A stretch of DNA of 64,000 nt from a bacterium (GCA_963693055.1 OY843751.1:1920001-1984000); one strand, 5' to 3'; shown: positions 10,943-21,455, counted from the stretch's first letter. The notes: generated by a model not told the origin, from the sequence alone. Made by a program: numbers and translations.

Positions 10943-11512
10943 ATGAACACCGCAATTAAAGATGCAATTGCCTTCCATAAACAGGCAATTGATGAATTTG
11001 AAAAAAACAGCCCGGCGTTATTACAAGAGATCGCCGATGCAATTACTAAAAGTCTGAATAACAAAGGTACAGTATACCTTTGTGGTAATGGTGGCTCTGC
11101 TGCCGATTGCCAGCATATAGCAGGTGAATTTGTAGGACGTTTTCGCAAAGAACGTAAAGCGTTGCCGGGAGTGGCATTGTCAACAGATACTTCGGTAATT
11201 ACCTGTCTTGGCAATGATTATGATTATAAAGATATTTTTTCACGTCAGGTTGAAGCATTGATGGACAGCCAGGATATGCTGTGGGCTTTTTCAACCAGTG
11301 GCACATCTGCTAATGTTATTAAAGCCGCAAAAGCAGCCAAAGAAAAAGGTGCCAAAGTTATAGCTTTTACAGGAAAAATCAATAGCGAACTGGAAAAGAT
11401 ATCTGATTACTGTATCTGTGCAAACGCCAACTGGACCAGTACCTCCCAGGAAGTACATCAGCTTTCTTACCATATTATATGTGATATTGTCGAACAGAAC
11501 TTTGTAGAATAG
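10943..11512 (+). CDS. gmhA: Phosphoheptose (sedoheptulose-7-phosphate) isomerase, SIS domain
   Basis: CGNGGSAADCQHIAGE, GNDY, STSG and QEVH...HIIC motifs typical of GmhA. Confidence 0.88.
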   Translation: MNTAIKDAIAFHKQAIDEFEKNSPALLQEIADAITKSLNNKGTVYLCGNGGSAADCQHIAGEFVGRFRKERKALPGVALSTDTSVITCLGNDYDYKDIFSRQVEALMDSQDMLWAFSTSGTSANVIKAAKAAKEKGAKVIAFTGKINSELEKISDYCICANANWTSTSQEVHQLSYHIICDIVEQNFVE

Positions 11513-11527
11513 AAATTTGAGGGAATA

Positions 11528-13432
11528 ATGAAAATTGAACGTGTCCGTGAGATCACTGAAAAGATTAAAGATGTAAAAATCGCTGTTTATGGAGATTTTT
11601 GCCTGGATGTATACTGGCCGCTTGATCCAAAGGGTGGTGAAATGTCAGTAGAAACAGGTATTCAGGCAGAAGCTGTCAGTCAGCAAAGTTATTCGCTTGG
11701 TGGCGCTTCAAATATTGTTGCCAATTTGGCTGCGCTTAATCCTGCTCTGATCAAGGTAATTGGCGTTAGAGGTGATGATGTTTTTGGTAGAGAACTTGAA
11801 CGTCTGTTAAAAGAAAAAAAAGTAGATACCAGTGAACTGTTTATTCAAAAAGAGAATTTTGATACATTCACTTATATTAAGCGTATCCTGGAAGACAAAG
11901 AGCAACCCCGTATCGATTTTGGCTTTTTAAATAAAAGATCTGCTGAAACTGATGAAAAATTATTAGCAGGACTAGAAAAAGCCCTGCAGGAATTTGACAT
12001 TATAATATTCAACCAACAGGTTGTAGGCAGTATACCTAACAAGGCTTTTATTGAAAAGGTAAATGAATTGTGTCAAAAATATCCCGATAAAAATCTGGTA
12101 TTTGATTCACGTCATTATGGCGCCGAGTTTCATTATGTTTTGCGTAAACTGAATGATATTGAGGCAGGTATTTTAAATGGTGTTGAATATGAATCGACAG
12201 ATGTAATTACAGTTCAGGATGCTGAGGTATATGCCAAGGCCCTTTATGAACGTTCTAAAAAACCTGTTGTATTGACACGAGGCGGTCGTGGAATTCTGGT
12301 TTGTGATGAAACCGGAGTTACCGAGATCCCCGGTATTCAATTACTAAAGAAACTAGATACCGTAGGAGCGGGTGATACCACCATTAGTGCCCTTGCATTG
12401 TGTCTGGCTGCTGGTATTGAGACAGTTGATGCTGCCCGTTTTGCCAACATGGCTGCGGCTGTAACGGTGCAAAAACTCTATACAACCGGAACCGCAAATG
12501 CAGAAGAAATAATGCAAATTGCGAGTGACACCAACTATTTATATCAACCGGAACTCGCTGATGATCCACGTAAAGCACAATATTTCAAAGATACTGAAAT
12601 AGAGTTGACATACAGTCAAGATTCTATGCAATTTGGCAGAATTAAATTTGCTGTGTTTGATCATGATGGTACCATCAGTACTCTACGTCAGGGCTGGGAA
12701 GCCATTATGGAGCCCATGATGGTTAAAGCGATTTTGGGTGATCAGTATGAAACCGCTGGTGAAACCCTGTATCATAACGTTGTTCAACGTGTTCGTGATT
12801 TTATAGATCAATCTGTTGGAATTCAGACCATTTTACAGATGGAAGCTCTTGTGGAACTGGTAAAAGAATTTGGTATAGTTCCGGAAGACCAGATCCTTGA
12901 TAAATTTGGTTACAAAGAAATTTACAATGATGCATTGATGATATCTGTTCGTAAACGTATGGCAAAGCTGGAGCGTAAAGAATTGAGCACTCCAGATTGG
13001 ACCATGAAAGGTGCTGTTGAATTTTTGCAATTGATGCGTGAAAAAGGCGTAACTTTGTATATGGCAAGCGGAACTGATAAAGAAGATGTTATTAACGAAG
13101 CCAAAACTTTGGGTTATGCTGACCTGTTTAATGGCGGCATTTATGGTGCTGTTGGCGATGTATCAAAATTTTCGAAAAAAATGCTCATTGAACAGATCAT
13201 GAAAGAGAATAACCTGCATGGATCAGAGCTGGTGGTATTTGGTGATGGCCCTGTAGAAATTCGTGAATGCCGTAAACGGGATGGTATTGCCATAGGTATA
13301 GCAAGTGATGAATTACAACGCCACAGCCTGAATATTGACAAACGTACCCGTTTAATCAAGGCTGGCGCACAGGTTGTCATTCCGGATTATTCTCAGCGTG
13401 ATTATTTGATGGATTTATTATTTAACGGTTAA
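11528..13432 (+). CDS. Fusion of HldE/RfaE-domain-I-like PfkB sugar kinase and HAD-family hydrolase
   Basis: N-terminal half: VYGDFCLD, GGASN, RIDF, DTVGAGDT. C-terminal half: HAD motif I FDHDGT, ASG, GDGPVE. Confidence 0.85.
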   Translation: MKIERVREITEKIKDVKIAVYGDFCLDVYWPLDPKGGEMSVETGIQAEAVSQQSYSLGGASNIVANLAALNPALIKVIGVRGDDVFGRELERLLKEKKVDTSELFIQKENFDTFTYIKRILEDKEQPRIDFGFLNKRSAETDEKLLAGLEKALQEFDIIIFNQQVVGSIPNKAFIEKVNELCQKYPDKNLVFDSRHYGAEFHYVLRKLNDIEAGILNGVEYESTDVITVQDAEVYAKALYERSKKPVVLTRGGRGILVCDETGVTEIPGIQLLKKLDTVGAGDTTISALALCLAAGIETVDAARFANMAAAVTVQKLYTTGTANAEEIMQIASDTNYLYQPELADDPRKAQYFKDTEIELTYSQDSMQFGRIKFAVFDHDGTISTLRQGWEAIMEPMMVKAILGDQYETAGETLYHNVVQRVRDFIDQSVGIQTILQMEALVELVKEFGIVPEDQILDKFGYKEIYNDALMISVRKRMAKLERKELSTPDWTMKGAVEFLQLMREKGVTLYMASGTDKEDVINEAKTLGYADLFNGGIYGAVGDVSKFSKKMLIEQIMKENNLHGSELVVFGDGPVEIRECRKRDGIAIGIASDELQRHSLNIDKRTRLIKAGAQVVIPDYSQRDYLMDLLFNG

Positions 13433-13451
13433 TAAGGTTTTTAGGTGTTGA

Positions 13452-15149
13452 ATGAAAAGAAGACGATTCTTACAACTTGCAGGAGCTGTTTCTTTAACGG
13501 TTGCCAATAGATTTACTTTTGCTTCAGCTTTAACAGAGTCAGATGTGTTTAAAACACTCGTTCGGCAAAATGATGATCTGGTGAAAAAGCTTTTGCAGGA
13601 CCAGGAGACGGATGCATCGCATCAATGGTATGGAGCCATTCGAAACGATAATGGTATACATTATCCCATATTAACGGCTAATTATATCTGCTATCTGGTC
13701 AGTGCTTTTGTTACTCTGGAATCAAAATATTACAAATCCAACGAGTTGGTTAGATCGTTAGAACTTGCTGTGAACTATATGAACAATGTGCAGCATAAAG
13801 ATGGTACCATTGATCTGCTCTCTACGAATTTTCATTCAACACCGGATACTGCGTTTGCTGTGGAATGGATTGCCGTTGCTTATACTATTTTGGACCAATC
13901 ATCCTTTGCTGAAATGAACTCGTCAAAAGACGCATTGGGCCGGTTTTTAAAAAGTGCTGGAAATGCACTAACAGTGGGTGGTATCCATACACCGAACCAT
14001 CGCTGGGTTGTCAGCATGGGATTGGCCCGTATTCATCATTTATTTCCGGATGAAAAGTATGTTAAACGCATTAATCAATGGCTGAATGAGAAAATTGATA
14101 TTGATGTGGATGGCCAATTCAATGAAAAAAGCACTGCTATTTATTCTCCCACAGTTGATCGATGTCTCTTGACGATTGCCAGATTATTAGATAAAACGGA
14201 ATTGTTCGAACCTGTTCGTAGAAATCTCGATATGACAAAGTATTATGTACATCCCAATGGCGATGTGGATACAACCGCATCGAGACGACAGGACCATGGA
14301 AGACGGATGAGCATGGCTCCATATTATTATTCTTACCGTTATATGGCATTAAAAGATAAAAACGGTCAATATGCATCCATGTGCAAATTGATTGAAAATA
14401 CTGCGATTGATGAATTAAAGATGGATTTGCCACTATTGATTGAAGATAAAAGTTTAACACAATCATTAACCCATGTACGTCCTTTACCAACCCATTATGC
14501 CAAACATTTTTCAGGTTCTGAATTGGTAAGGATTCGTCGTGGGGATAAAAGTGCAACAATTGCTGTGAACAATTCTACATTTTTCTCATTTTACAAAGGA
14601 AATGCCGCCTTGACCGGATTACGTTTTGCTTCGTCATTTTTTGGTCGAAAAGGTCAATTCAGTGCAAACAACTTGCAAATTGAGGGGAATAGATATATAT
14701 TAACAAAAAAAGTAACAGGACCCTATTATCAACCTTATCCTGTTGAGGAACTACCGAATGATGGTGACTGGGAGAAGATGCCCAGAGCGAACCGGCCTTT
14801 GAGCGAGATCCAAACCTTGATTTCGGAAATCGAAATTGTAGAAAATGATGGTGAATTTACTGTCAATTTTCATATACACGGCACCGATCGCATTCCTTTT
14901 GCCATTGAACTGGGTTTTCGCGACAATGGAACGTTACAAGGCGTTGTACCGGTTCCCGGTATAGAGAATGCCTTCCTTTTAGAGTCGGGAATGGGCTCAT
15001 TCTCAATTGGTGATGATTTGATTCAATTCGGCCCGGGACAGGCCAAACATACATGGACCCAACTAAGAGGTGCGGAACCAAAACTTGAAGGTAAAAGTGT
15101 TTACATTACCGGTTACACACCATTGCAATATACTTTAAAAATCAGTTGA
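13452..15149 (+). CDS. Tat-exported hypothetical protein, heparinase II/III-like alpha/alpha toroid plus beta-sandwich
   Basis: Twin-arginine signal KRRRFLQ. HTPNHRW and DGQFNEKSTAIY motifs resemble heparinase II/III-type lyases. The fold call is an inference. Confidence 0.55.
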   Translation: MKRRRFLQLAGAVSLTVANRFTFASALTESDVFKTLVRQNDDLVKKLLQDQETDASHQWYGAIRNDNGIHYPILTANYICYLVSAFVTLESKYYKSNELVRSLELAVNYMNNVQHKDGTIDLLSTNFHSTPDTAFAVEWIAVAYTILDQSSFAEMNSSKDALGRFLKSAGNALTVGGIHTPNHRWVVSMGLARIHHLFPDEKYVKRINQWLNEKIDIDVDGQFNEKSTAIYSPTVDRCLLTIARLLDKTELFEPVRRNLDMTKYYVHPNGDVDTTASRRQDHGRRMSMAPYYYSYRYMALKDKNGQYASMCKLIENTAIDELKMDLPLLIEDKSLTQSLTHVRPLPTHYAKHFSGSELVRIRRGDKSATIAVNNSTFFSFYKGNAALTGLRFASSFFGRKGQFSANNLQIEGNRYILTKKVTGPYYQPYPVEELPNDGDWEKMPRANRPLSEIQTLISEIEIVENDGEFTVNFHIHGTDRIPFAIELGFRDNGTLQGVVPVPGIENAFLLESGMGSFSIGDDLIQFGPGQAKHTWTQLRGAEPKLEGKSVYITGYTPLQYTLKIS

Positions 15150-15190
15150 TACTAAACATACCGTCACTCACTTAAACGAGGGAAGATGAA

Positions 15191-16468
15191 ATGAATACCA
15201 CTACCGCGTCGGCAGGCGCAGCGACTTCTGGAAACAGGAGAAAGTACCTTGTACCTTTTTTATTAATGACCCTGTTGTTCTTTTTATGGGGTGCTATCGT
15301 TTCTCTTAACGATATTTTAATACCTCACCTTAAAAGCCTGTTCAACATGAATTATACTCAAACCATGTTGATCCAGTTTTGTTACTTTGCAGCTTATTTT
15401 ACAATGGCAGTTCCAGCTAGTATGATAATTGGCAAGATTGGTTATAAACGAGGAATTGTTGTTGGCTTGCTCGTAGTAGGTGCGGGATGTTTAATATTCA
15501 TACCCGCAGCATATGTGATATCTTATGGCTTGTTCCTGTTTGGTCTTTTTGTTATGGCTACAGGTAATGTGTTTTTGCAAGTAGTAGGTAATCCGTATGT
15601 TGCAATTCTTGGTCCTGCTGAAACTGCATCCAGTCGTTTGAATTTTGCACAGGGTATTAATTCAATTGCTACCGCCTTGATGCCTTATCTTGGTGCTATT
15701 TATATTCTGGGTGATTTTGATAATGCTGCAGATCATGCTGCATCTGTTCAGGGACCCTATATCGTTCTGGCAGGTTTTGCAGTTTTGGTTGCAATTATTT
15801 TTGCAATTCTGCATTTACCCACTATTAAAACCGAGTCTAAAACCAAAGTATCTGGCAGTGTGTTGAGATTTCGTCAACTTCGCTGGGGTGTAATTGCCCT
15901 GACACTTTATGTTGGTGCAGAGGTGACAATTGGTAGTTTTATTGTGAATTTTTTAGGCGAGCCCTATATCGCTGGTATGGCAGAAAAAGCTGCTGCAAAA
16001 TATATCCCCTTGTATTGGGGTGGTTTAATGGTTGGTCGTCTGTTAGGATCAGCTATCCTGCAAAAGATTAAGGCCAATATCGTATTGGTTGTTGCTGCAG
16101 TTATGTCATTTATCCTCGTTTTTGTAACCATTCTGACCCAGGGTAAAGTTGCAATGTGGTCTATTTTGTTAGTAGGACTGTTTAATTCTATCATGTGGTC
16201 TAACATTTTTGCTATGGCAATTGACGGGCTGGGTGAGTATACTAATAAAGCTTCTGGTATTCTGGTTATGGCGCCTGTTGGTGGAGCAATTATTCCATTG
16301 TTGCAGGGTGTATTGGCAGATATTCCGCAAATCGGATTGCATAATTCATATGTATTGCCTTTACTTTGCTATCTGGTAATCCTGTTCTATGGTATTAATG
16401 GATACAAACCTGGTAAAGATGAACTTGATATAAAACTTGATAGTGCACTAAGTGGTGAAGCCGCTTAA
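15191..16468 (+). CDS. FucP/GluP family MFS sugar:H+ symporter
   Basis: LFFLWG, NDILIPHLK, NPYVAILG, RLNFAQ and YVGAEV motifs. About 12 TMs. Confidence 0.92.
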   Translation: MNTTTASAGAATSGNRRKYLVPFLLMTLLFFLWGAIVSLNDILIPHLKSLFNMNYTQTMLIQFCYFAAYFTMAVPASMIIGKIGYKRGIVVGLLVVGAGCLIFIPAAYVISYGLFLFGLFVMATGNVFLQVVGNPYVAILGPAETASSRLNFAQGINSIATALMPYLGAIYILGDFDNAADHAASVQGPYIVLAGFAVLVAIIFAILHLPTIKTESKTKVSGSVLRFRQLRWGVIALTLYVGAEVTIGSFIVNFLGEPYIAGMAEKAAAKYIPLYWGGLMVGRLLGSAILQKIKANIVLVVAAVMSFILVFVTILTQGKVAMWSILLVGLFNSIMWSNIFAMAIDGLGEYTNKASGILVMAPVGGAIIPLLQGVLADIPQIGLHNSYVLPLLCYLVILFYGINGYKPGKDELDIKLDSALSGEAA

Positions 16469-16480
16469 TTGTTAACCGAC

Positions 16481-16526
16481 TGTAATATTTGCAGGGCTCT
16501 GGTGCTCTGCAAATATTGCATTTTTT
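16481..16526 (+). terminator. Rho-independent terminator
   Basis: tgtaatatttgcagggc / gctctgcaaatattgca stem followed by tttttt. Confidence 0.7.
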
Positions 16527-16649
16527 AATATATGTAATATTTACCCCATAATATCCAGAGTTCGTCTATACATTCGGATTCTTTTTTCATTTTGAGTAAT
16601 AATGCGTAAAATTTCAATTGTACAGAATTTTTAACACTGTTAATCCTGA

Positions 16650-17846
16650 ATGAATATGCAAACATGGACAAATAAAATACCTCCTGCACGAAAAGAAGAA
16701 TTGATTCTTTTTTTTCATTCTGCTTTATTTGATGATATTGTACCCTTTTGGGAAAAGTATTCCCTGGATAATGAATTTGGTGGATATCTAACCCGACTCG
16801 AACGCGATGGTAATCCCTATTCCGGCGATAAAGATATGTGGATGACCGGAAGGGAGATCTGGATGTTCAGCCACCTCTATAATCAATACAAACCCGAATC
16901 CCGCTGGAAGGATTCTGCCCGGCTTGGTCTTGAATTTTTGTCGAAATTCGGATTCAAAGATGATGAAAAAATGTATTTCCGTCTGGACAGGCAGGGAAAT
17001 CCCATAGCATCTTCTCTCAGCTTGTTTACCAAAGTTTTTGCATCCATCGGTATGGCAGAATATTGGCAAATTGAGAACGACTCGGATCTTAAAAACAAAG
17101 CGGAAATTTTATATCAACAAATGATGCAAAAGTTTGGTTTACCCAGCGATACACCCATGCTGGGGTATCCCATGAATGCTGAATTTCACTTGCATTCACA
17201 TGACATGTGCAAATTAACTGTGGCCTGGGTTTTTAATAGTATCTGGCCTGATCCACAATACGAGCAGGATTGTGCGGATGCCATTACGTCTATACTGAAT
17301 TTGCACTGGAAACCGCAGGAAAAGGTACTATATGAAAATGTAGCGATGGATGGCACTCCTTTACTGCAATATCCTGAAGGCAGACTTTATCATCCTGGTC
17401 ACAGTATTGAAAGCTCGTGGATGATGATGGAGTTTGCTGATAAAAACAAGGATGAGACGTTGCTGCAAACGGCGATTGATATACTGCTCGCTTCTCTTGA
17501 ACAGGGATGGGATAAAGAATTTGGAGGAATCCGTTATCTCACCAATGTGGATTGGACACCCTGTCACAGTCTGGAAGCCGATTTAAAGTTATGGTGGCCG
17601 CATAGTGAAGCTCTGTATGCGTTAATGCTGGCCTGGGCTTTAACCGGCAGACAAGATATTTCAAATTGGTATACCAAGGTACATGATTATACTTTTAGTC
17701 ACTTTCCTGATCCTGAATATGGCGAGTGGTTCGGTTATTTGAATCGTGATGGTTCACCGGTGTGGACTGCCAAGGCGAACGGCTGGAAAGGATTTTTTCA
17801 TACACCGCGTGCTTTGTTCAGATGTTACCAGTTGTTAAATAAATAA
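16650..17846 (+). CDS. AGE family (N-acylglucosamine 2-epimerase-like) epimerase/isomerase
   Basis: PFWEKYSLDNEFGGY, PGHSIESSW, GWDKEFGG, KLWWPHSE and KGFFHTPR motifs. Confidence 0.9.
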   Translation: MNMQTWTNKIPPARKEELILFFHSALFDDIVPFWEKYSLDNEFGGYLTRLERDGNPYSGDKDMWMTGREIWMFSHLYNQYKPESRWKDSARLGLEFLSKFGFKDDEKMYFRLDRQGNPIASSLSLFTKVFASIGMAEYWQIENDSDLKNKAEILYQQMMQKFGLPSDTPMLGYPMNAEFHLHSHDMCKLTVAWVFNSIWPDPQYEQDCADAITSILNLHWKPQEKVLYENVAMDGTPLLQYPEGRLYHPGHSIESSWMMMEFADKNKDETLLQTAIDILLASLEQGWDKEFGGIRYLTNVDWTPCHSLEADLKLWWPHSEALYALMLAWALTGRQDISNWYTKVHDYTFSHFPDPEYGEWFGYLNRDGSPVWTAKANGWKGFFHTPRALFRCYQLLNK

Positions 17847-17861
17847 TATTCGGGAAAAGAT

Positions 17862-19184
17862 TTGAATCAATTTATAAAAATTTTATCAGTATTCATTATT
17901 GTAATGATGCTGACTAATGGATGTAGTGACCCAGTTCCAAAAAGTGTGCATGTTTCAGATATTGCATTGGGTTGGGCGAAAAATAGCGTGAATACTACAA
18001 TATTGCGCAAGAATTCACTGGTGACTTTTAATGATACGCAATTTACCGCCTTTTATGATTCAACCGGTCATGTAGTACTTGCCAAACGGCAATTGGGCAC
18101 AGATCAGTGGCTGGTTAAGCAAACCCGCTATACCGGCAAAATTACGGATGCACACAATTCCATCAGCATTATGGTAGATGGTGACGGTTATTTGCACATG
18201 GCCTGGAACCATCATAATGACTCACTCCGCTATTGTAAAAGCATTGCTCCCGGTTTATTAGAGTTGACGGAAAAACTATCTATGATAGGTAGGGATGAAG
18301 TTAAGGTCACCTATCCTGAATTTTATCGGTTACCCAGCGGAGATTTAATTTTTCTATATCGTGTAGGAAAATCCGGAGACGGCAAGCTGGTTATGAACCG
18401 ATACAATCTTGTTAAACGAGAGTGGGTACGCTTACAAGACAATCTGATAGATGGTGAAGGAGAGCGAAATGCCTATTGGCAATTTGCAGTAGACTTACAG
18501 GGGACATTTCATCTGTCATGGGTATGGCGTGAAACCGGTGATGTTGCAACCAATCATGACATGTGTTACGCAAAATCCACAGATGGAGGCGTAACCTGGA
18601 TAAAGACAACAGGTGAACTGTGTCAGATTCCTATAAATAAAAACAATGCGGAATATGCTGTTCGTATCTCGCAAAACAGTGAACTGATCAATCAAACATC
18701 CATGTGCGCGGATTCAAAAGGACGTCCTTATATTGCCACTTTTTATCGTCAAGACAAATCATCTATACCGCAATATCACCTGATTTATCATGATGGCAAG
18801 GCCTGGCAGACCCGTCAGGTATCTGACCGAGAGACACCTTTCTCATTAAGTGGAGGAGGAACAAAACGCATTCCCATGAGTCGCCCTGTAATAATAGTGG
18901 ATGATTTGAATGACCGGGATGCGGCATACATGCTGTTTCGAGATATAGAATCTGAAAACAGGGTAATGGTTGCTGTATGTAAAGACTTGACAACCGACAA
19001 GTGGGAAAATAAACCATTGTCAACTAAATCTGTTGGTGCATGGGAACCCAGCTATGATATAGAATTGTGGAAAATGAACAAAATTCTGCATATATTTGTA
19101 CAGAATTCGGGCCAGGGCGATGGAGAAAAATTAGAAACTTTACCATCTCAGATGGTTAGTGTGATAGAATGGAAACCAGAGTGA
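17862..19184 (+). CDS. BNR_4 beta-propeller lipoprotein, PL42 (former GH145)-like rhamnose-glucuronate lyase candidate
   Basis: GWAKNSVNT, DAHNSISI, WNHH, VTYPEF, WVWRET and NHDMCYAKSTDGG motifs, which I recall as similar to BT3686-type proteins. Confidence 0.65.
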   Translation: MNQFIKILSVFIIVMMLTNGCSDPVPKSVHVSDIALGWAKNSVNTTILRKNSLVTFNDTQFTAFYDSTGHVVLAKRQLGTDQWLVKQTRYTGKITDAHNSISIMVDGDGYLHMAWNHHNDSLRYCKSIAPGLLELTEKLSMIGRDEVKVTYPEFYRLPSGDLIFLYRVGKSGDGKLVMNRYNLVKREWVRLQDNLIDGEGERNAYWQFAVDLQGTFHLSWVWRETGDVATNHDMCYAKSTDGGVTWIKTTGELCQIPINKNNAEYAVRISQNSELINQTSMCADSKGRPYIATFYRQDKSSIPQYHLIYHDGKAWQTRQVSDRETPFSLSGGGTKRIPMSRPVIIVDDLNDRDAAYMLFRDIESENRVMVAVCKDLTTDKWENKPLSTKSVGAWEPSYDIELWKMNKILHIFVQNSGQGDGEKLETLPSQMVSVIEWKPE

Positions 19185-19212
19185 TATAACCGAAAAATCA
19201 AAAGGAAAATCT

Positions 19213-20187
19213 ATGAGCGAGAAAACATATATTGGAATTGATATTGGTGGAACCAAAACAGCCGTATTGCTGGTTGATGAAACAGGCAAATTGCTTGAAC
19301 GTAAGCAGTTTCAAACCTTTACAGGTAATGGCGGCTGGCAAAAAAGTCTGGATGAAATTATTTCCATGATAAAGGAACATCAAGATCAAGCTTCTCCTAC
19401 AGCTATTGGTATCAGTTGCGGTGGTCCTTTGAACAGCAGAACCGGCATGATCTTGTCTCCACCCAATTTACCGGGATGGGATAATGTACCCATTATTGAA
19501 CTTTTGAACAAAGAATTTGGTTTACCTGTAGCTCTGGAAAATGATGCAAATGCCGGCGCGTTGGCTGAATGGCGCTTTGGTGCGGGCAAGGGCAGTCGTA
19601 ATATGATATTTTTAACATTTGGCACGGGTCTGGGAGCCGGGCTTGTATTGGATGGCCGGTTATATTCAGGTACCAATGATCTGGGTGGTGAAGCGGGACA
19701 TTTGCGTTTGGATGATGACGGTCCCATTGGTTTTAACAAACGTGGATCTTTTGAAGGCTTTTGCAGCGGCACAGGCTTGTCACAGATGATGGCATTTGAA
19801 CTCTTGTGTCTGACCGAAGAAATTGGTAAAGAAGCCATGCTCGAAAAATATAAAGAACCGGGCCAGGTTACGGGCAAAGATGTTGTGATTTGGGCACAGG
19901 ATGGCGATCCTCTAGCGCTCAAAGTTGTTGAAAAAAGCGGAACCTATTTGGGCAAAGGATTATCGCTTTTAATTGATATTATAAATCCTGAATTGATTGT
20001 TATTGGAAGCATGGGTGTGCGCCTGGGTGACATGCTTTTTGATCCTGCCAGAAAAGTGATTGAAAAAGAAGCAATTCCCGGTGCGGTTGAGGTCTGTAAA
20101 ATTGTGCCCGCGGAACTGGGTGAAAAAATTGGTGATTATGCTGCGTTATGTGTGGCTATTAAAGCAGAAGAAAATAGTATAAATTAA
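19213..20187 (+). CDS. ROK family sugar kinase
   Basis: GIDIGGTK, LENDANAGALAE, GTGLGAG and GEAGH motifs. No N-terminal HTH. Confidence 0.93.
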   Translation: MSEKTYIGIDIGGTKTAVLLVDETGKLLERKQFQTFTGNGGWQKSLDEIISMIKEHQDQASPTAIGISCGGPLNSRTGMILSPPNLPGWDNVPIIELLNKEFGLPVALENDANAGALAEWRFGAGKGSRNMIFLTFGTGLGAGLVLDGRLYSGTNDLGGEAGHLRLDDDGPIGFNKRGSFEGFCSGTGLSQMMAFELLCLTEEIGKEAMLEKYKEPGQVTGKDVVIWAQDGDPLALKVVEKSGTYLGKGLSLLIDIINPELIVIGSMGVRLGDMLFDPARKVIEKEAIPGAVEVCKIVPAELGEKIGDYAALCVAIKAEENSIN

Positions 20188-20213
20188 ATATTCCTCTTGA
20201 AATGAGGTGATCT

Positions 20214-21455
20214 ATGAAACGTTTTACAAGCCGTTTAAATAGCAATTTTGACAATCCAAGCCGACGGGATTTCCTCAAGCAGGGCGGTATAGCAGCTTTG
20301 GGAATTTCATTATCCGCAAATCCATCTTTTGCGGTCAATACAGCACCCAAAAAACTCAGAATAGGTATAGTAGGTGGAAGGTTTGGCGCCAGTTTCTTTT
20401 TTCATGAGCATCCGGATTGTGTTGTTGAGGCTGTGAGTGATTTGAGACCTGAACGACGTGAACACCTCATGAAAACCTATAATTGTTCAAAATCATACAA
20501 CTCTCTGGAAGAGTTGGTTAAAGATAAAGAAATTGATGCGGTAGGCGTTTTTACCGAAGGTCCCAACCACGTAAAGCATGTGCTGGAATGCTTGAATCAT
20601 GGTAAGCATGTGATTTGTGCGGTTCCTGCCTGTTGGGCAACCCTGGAAGAGGCGGAACAGTTGTATAATGCTGTTAAATCTTCCGGATTGATATATATGA
20701 TGGCTGAAACCAGTTATTATCAGCAGCACACTATATCAGCTCGTGACTTTTATAAAAAAGGCGAGTTTGGTGAGATCTATTACTGTGAGTCTGAATATCA
20801 GCACAACGGATTGGAATCTTTATATATTGAAGATGGTAAACGCACCTGGCGTTATGGCGTTGCTCCAATGCATTACCCCACACATTGTACTGCTCATTTG
20901 CTCAGTGTAACGGGTGAACGGCTTGAAAAGGTCTCCTGCAATGGCTGGGGAGATGGAGATCCGATATTAAAAGACAATCCCTATAACAATCCTTTTTGGA
21001 ATGAATCCGCAATGTTTACAACGGATAAAGGCCATGCCTTTCGGGTAAATGTATGGTGGAAAGGAGCGCATTTGGGTTGTGAGCGGGCCCAATGGATTGG
21101 TAACAAGATGAGCTTTTATACCCATAATCCGGTTGGCTTTGGTTCTACTCTGGTTGAAGCTACCAGTGTGATGGGTAAAGATGATGCAGGCTTTGCCCGA
21201 TTAGAAGCAAAAAAGACCCCATATGAGCAGCCGGAATGGTGGAAAACCGATCTGTTACCTGAACCGTTGCGCCATAATAGTGGTCATCATGGATCTCATA
21301 CGTTTTTAACCCACGAGTTTGTAGACGCCTGCATTCATGAACGAAAACCTGTTATTGATATTCTCGAGGCACTGGCATATACAGTACCGGGTATTGTTGC
21401 CCACCAGTCCGCATTGAATGGTGGAGAAAGCAAAACAATTCCACAGTTTGTATAA
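20214..21455 (+). CDS. Tat-exported Gfo/Idh/MocA family oxidoreductase
   Basis: SRRDFLK Tat motif, Rossmann IGIVGGRFG, GKHVICAVP, YPTH, GHHGSH. Confidence 0.88.
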   Translation: MKRFTSRLNSNFDNPSRRDFLKQGGIAALGISLSANPSFAVNTAPKKLRIGIVGGRFGASFFFHEHPDCVVEAVSDLRPERREHLMKTYNCSKSYNSLEELVKDKEIDAVGVFTEGPNHVKHVLECLNHGKHVICAVPACWATLEEAEQLYNAVKSSGLIYMMAETSYYQQHTISARDFYKKGEFGEIYYCESEYQHNGLESLYIEDGKRTWRYGVAPMHYPTHCTAHLLSVTGERLEKVSCNGWGDGDPILKDNPYNNPFWNESAMFTTDKGHAFRVNVWWKGAHLGCERAQWIGNKMSFYTHNPVGFGSTLVEATSVMGKDDAGFARLEAKKTPYEQPEWWKTDLLPEPLRHNSGHHGSHTFLTHEFVDACIHERKPVIDILEALAYTVPGIVAHQSALNGGESKTIPQFV

